DNA of 63,193 nucleotides, the filler included, from Folioceros fuciformis (taxonomy: Eukaryota): NCBI GenBank assembly GCA_049999805.1. It is 7 parts of 7 records of this genome, joined end to end, with 100 filler letters (N's around TTAATTAATTAA, not from the genome) between each part and the next. Parts side by side here need not be neighbours in the genome. Positions count along the whole stretch, not along the records: positions 56,947 to 63,193 come from JBNGIO010005472.1; 6 more parts are not named here. The stretch is one strand, 5' to 3'. The notes beneath the pieces are model-generated. The model ran no database searches. It saw nothing but the letters and a program-made list of their open reading frames with translations, and had not been told where the DNA came from. Position numbers and translations under genes: made by a program. Of the stretch, positions 62,500 to 63,193 are shown piece after piece (position 1 is the stretch's first letter; each line of letters begins with the position of its first letter).

Positions 62500-63193
62500 G
62501 CTGGTTCCAATAACCTGCCAATTGCGATTGGAGGAGTAGAATCCTCACCATGCCCCACCTCACCGACACAGGTATCTCTCGCAAATTCCCCCCCTAGACC
62601 CACCCCGCCTACCCTGCCGTTGGCTCATTAAGGTTTAGGTGATAATGAGCCAGTTGTCGTCTGGCAAGATTAGCCTGCCCAAGTCTTAGAATAGCTTTTG
62701 CATTTATGTTGTCCTTCTGGCTACGGCCTCATTTATGTTATGAAAACAGGACCTGCTAACACAGCAAGTGCCTCAAACCTTTCCATATTCGTGCCCATCT
62801 CCGCTTCACCCCCCCCGTCTCCATCTACCAGCTCTCCACTCTTGGTTGTGACCCCGAGCCTTCATCACATTGAGGGGTTTGGCCTCTTCCAGACAGTAAG
62901 AAAAACCCTGTGATGGAAGACTAGGCCATTTCCCTCTAGTTGACAAAGACACAAGCCGTGTGCAAGAGCTATAGAATTACCACGATGTTCGAGGGTCGAA
63001 CCCAATAAGCCTTGCTACGACGACTAGTTGAGAGCGGAGCACCAAGGTAAGCTCCCAGACTAAAGTGTTCTTCTATAACTCCGTTGACCCACGTTCCCGT
63101 GCCTACTCCGCTCTATCACCTCCACTCTGTCTCCCGCCCCTCATCCCCCTCTTGTCACACTCATTCGCTTTGACGGGGACAACTGCTCATGTG

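Overview
Land-plant nuclear DNA: it carries an intact DNA ligase VI gene with short spliceosomal introns and TTTAGGG telomere motifs. The window is not one locus. Six artificial 100-bp linkers (44 N + TTAATTAATTAA + 44 N) join seven segments, so adjacency across a linker means nothing. The only intact host gene is a 21-exon LIG6 (28388-21347, minus strand; SNM1/Artemis-type metallo-beta-lactamase/beta-CASP + CUE/UBA-like helices + PIP box + ATP-dependent ligase). The rest is nested, mostly decayed transposons: several Ty1/Copia elements with short LTRs, a near-complete Ty3/Gypsy chromovirus, other Gypsy remnants, a CACTA transposase remnant, minisatellites and host-gene fragments (SPT6, 11S-globulin-like cupin). 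Most notable: (i) an unannotated coiled-coil protein family in two diverged decayed copies, one lying antisense behind a Copia pol; (ii) a heptad-repeat ORF between PBS and gag in three related Copia elements; (iii) non-canonical AGTAAC...GTTACT LTR ends on the chromovirus; (iv) telomere-repeat insertions flanked by short duplications; (v) a 183-bp nested palindrome next to a PPT-like tract; (vi) tandem hairpin units with compensatory substitutions. All family and domain calls come from motif recognition by eye; no database search was run.
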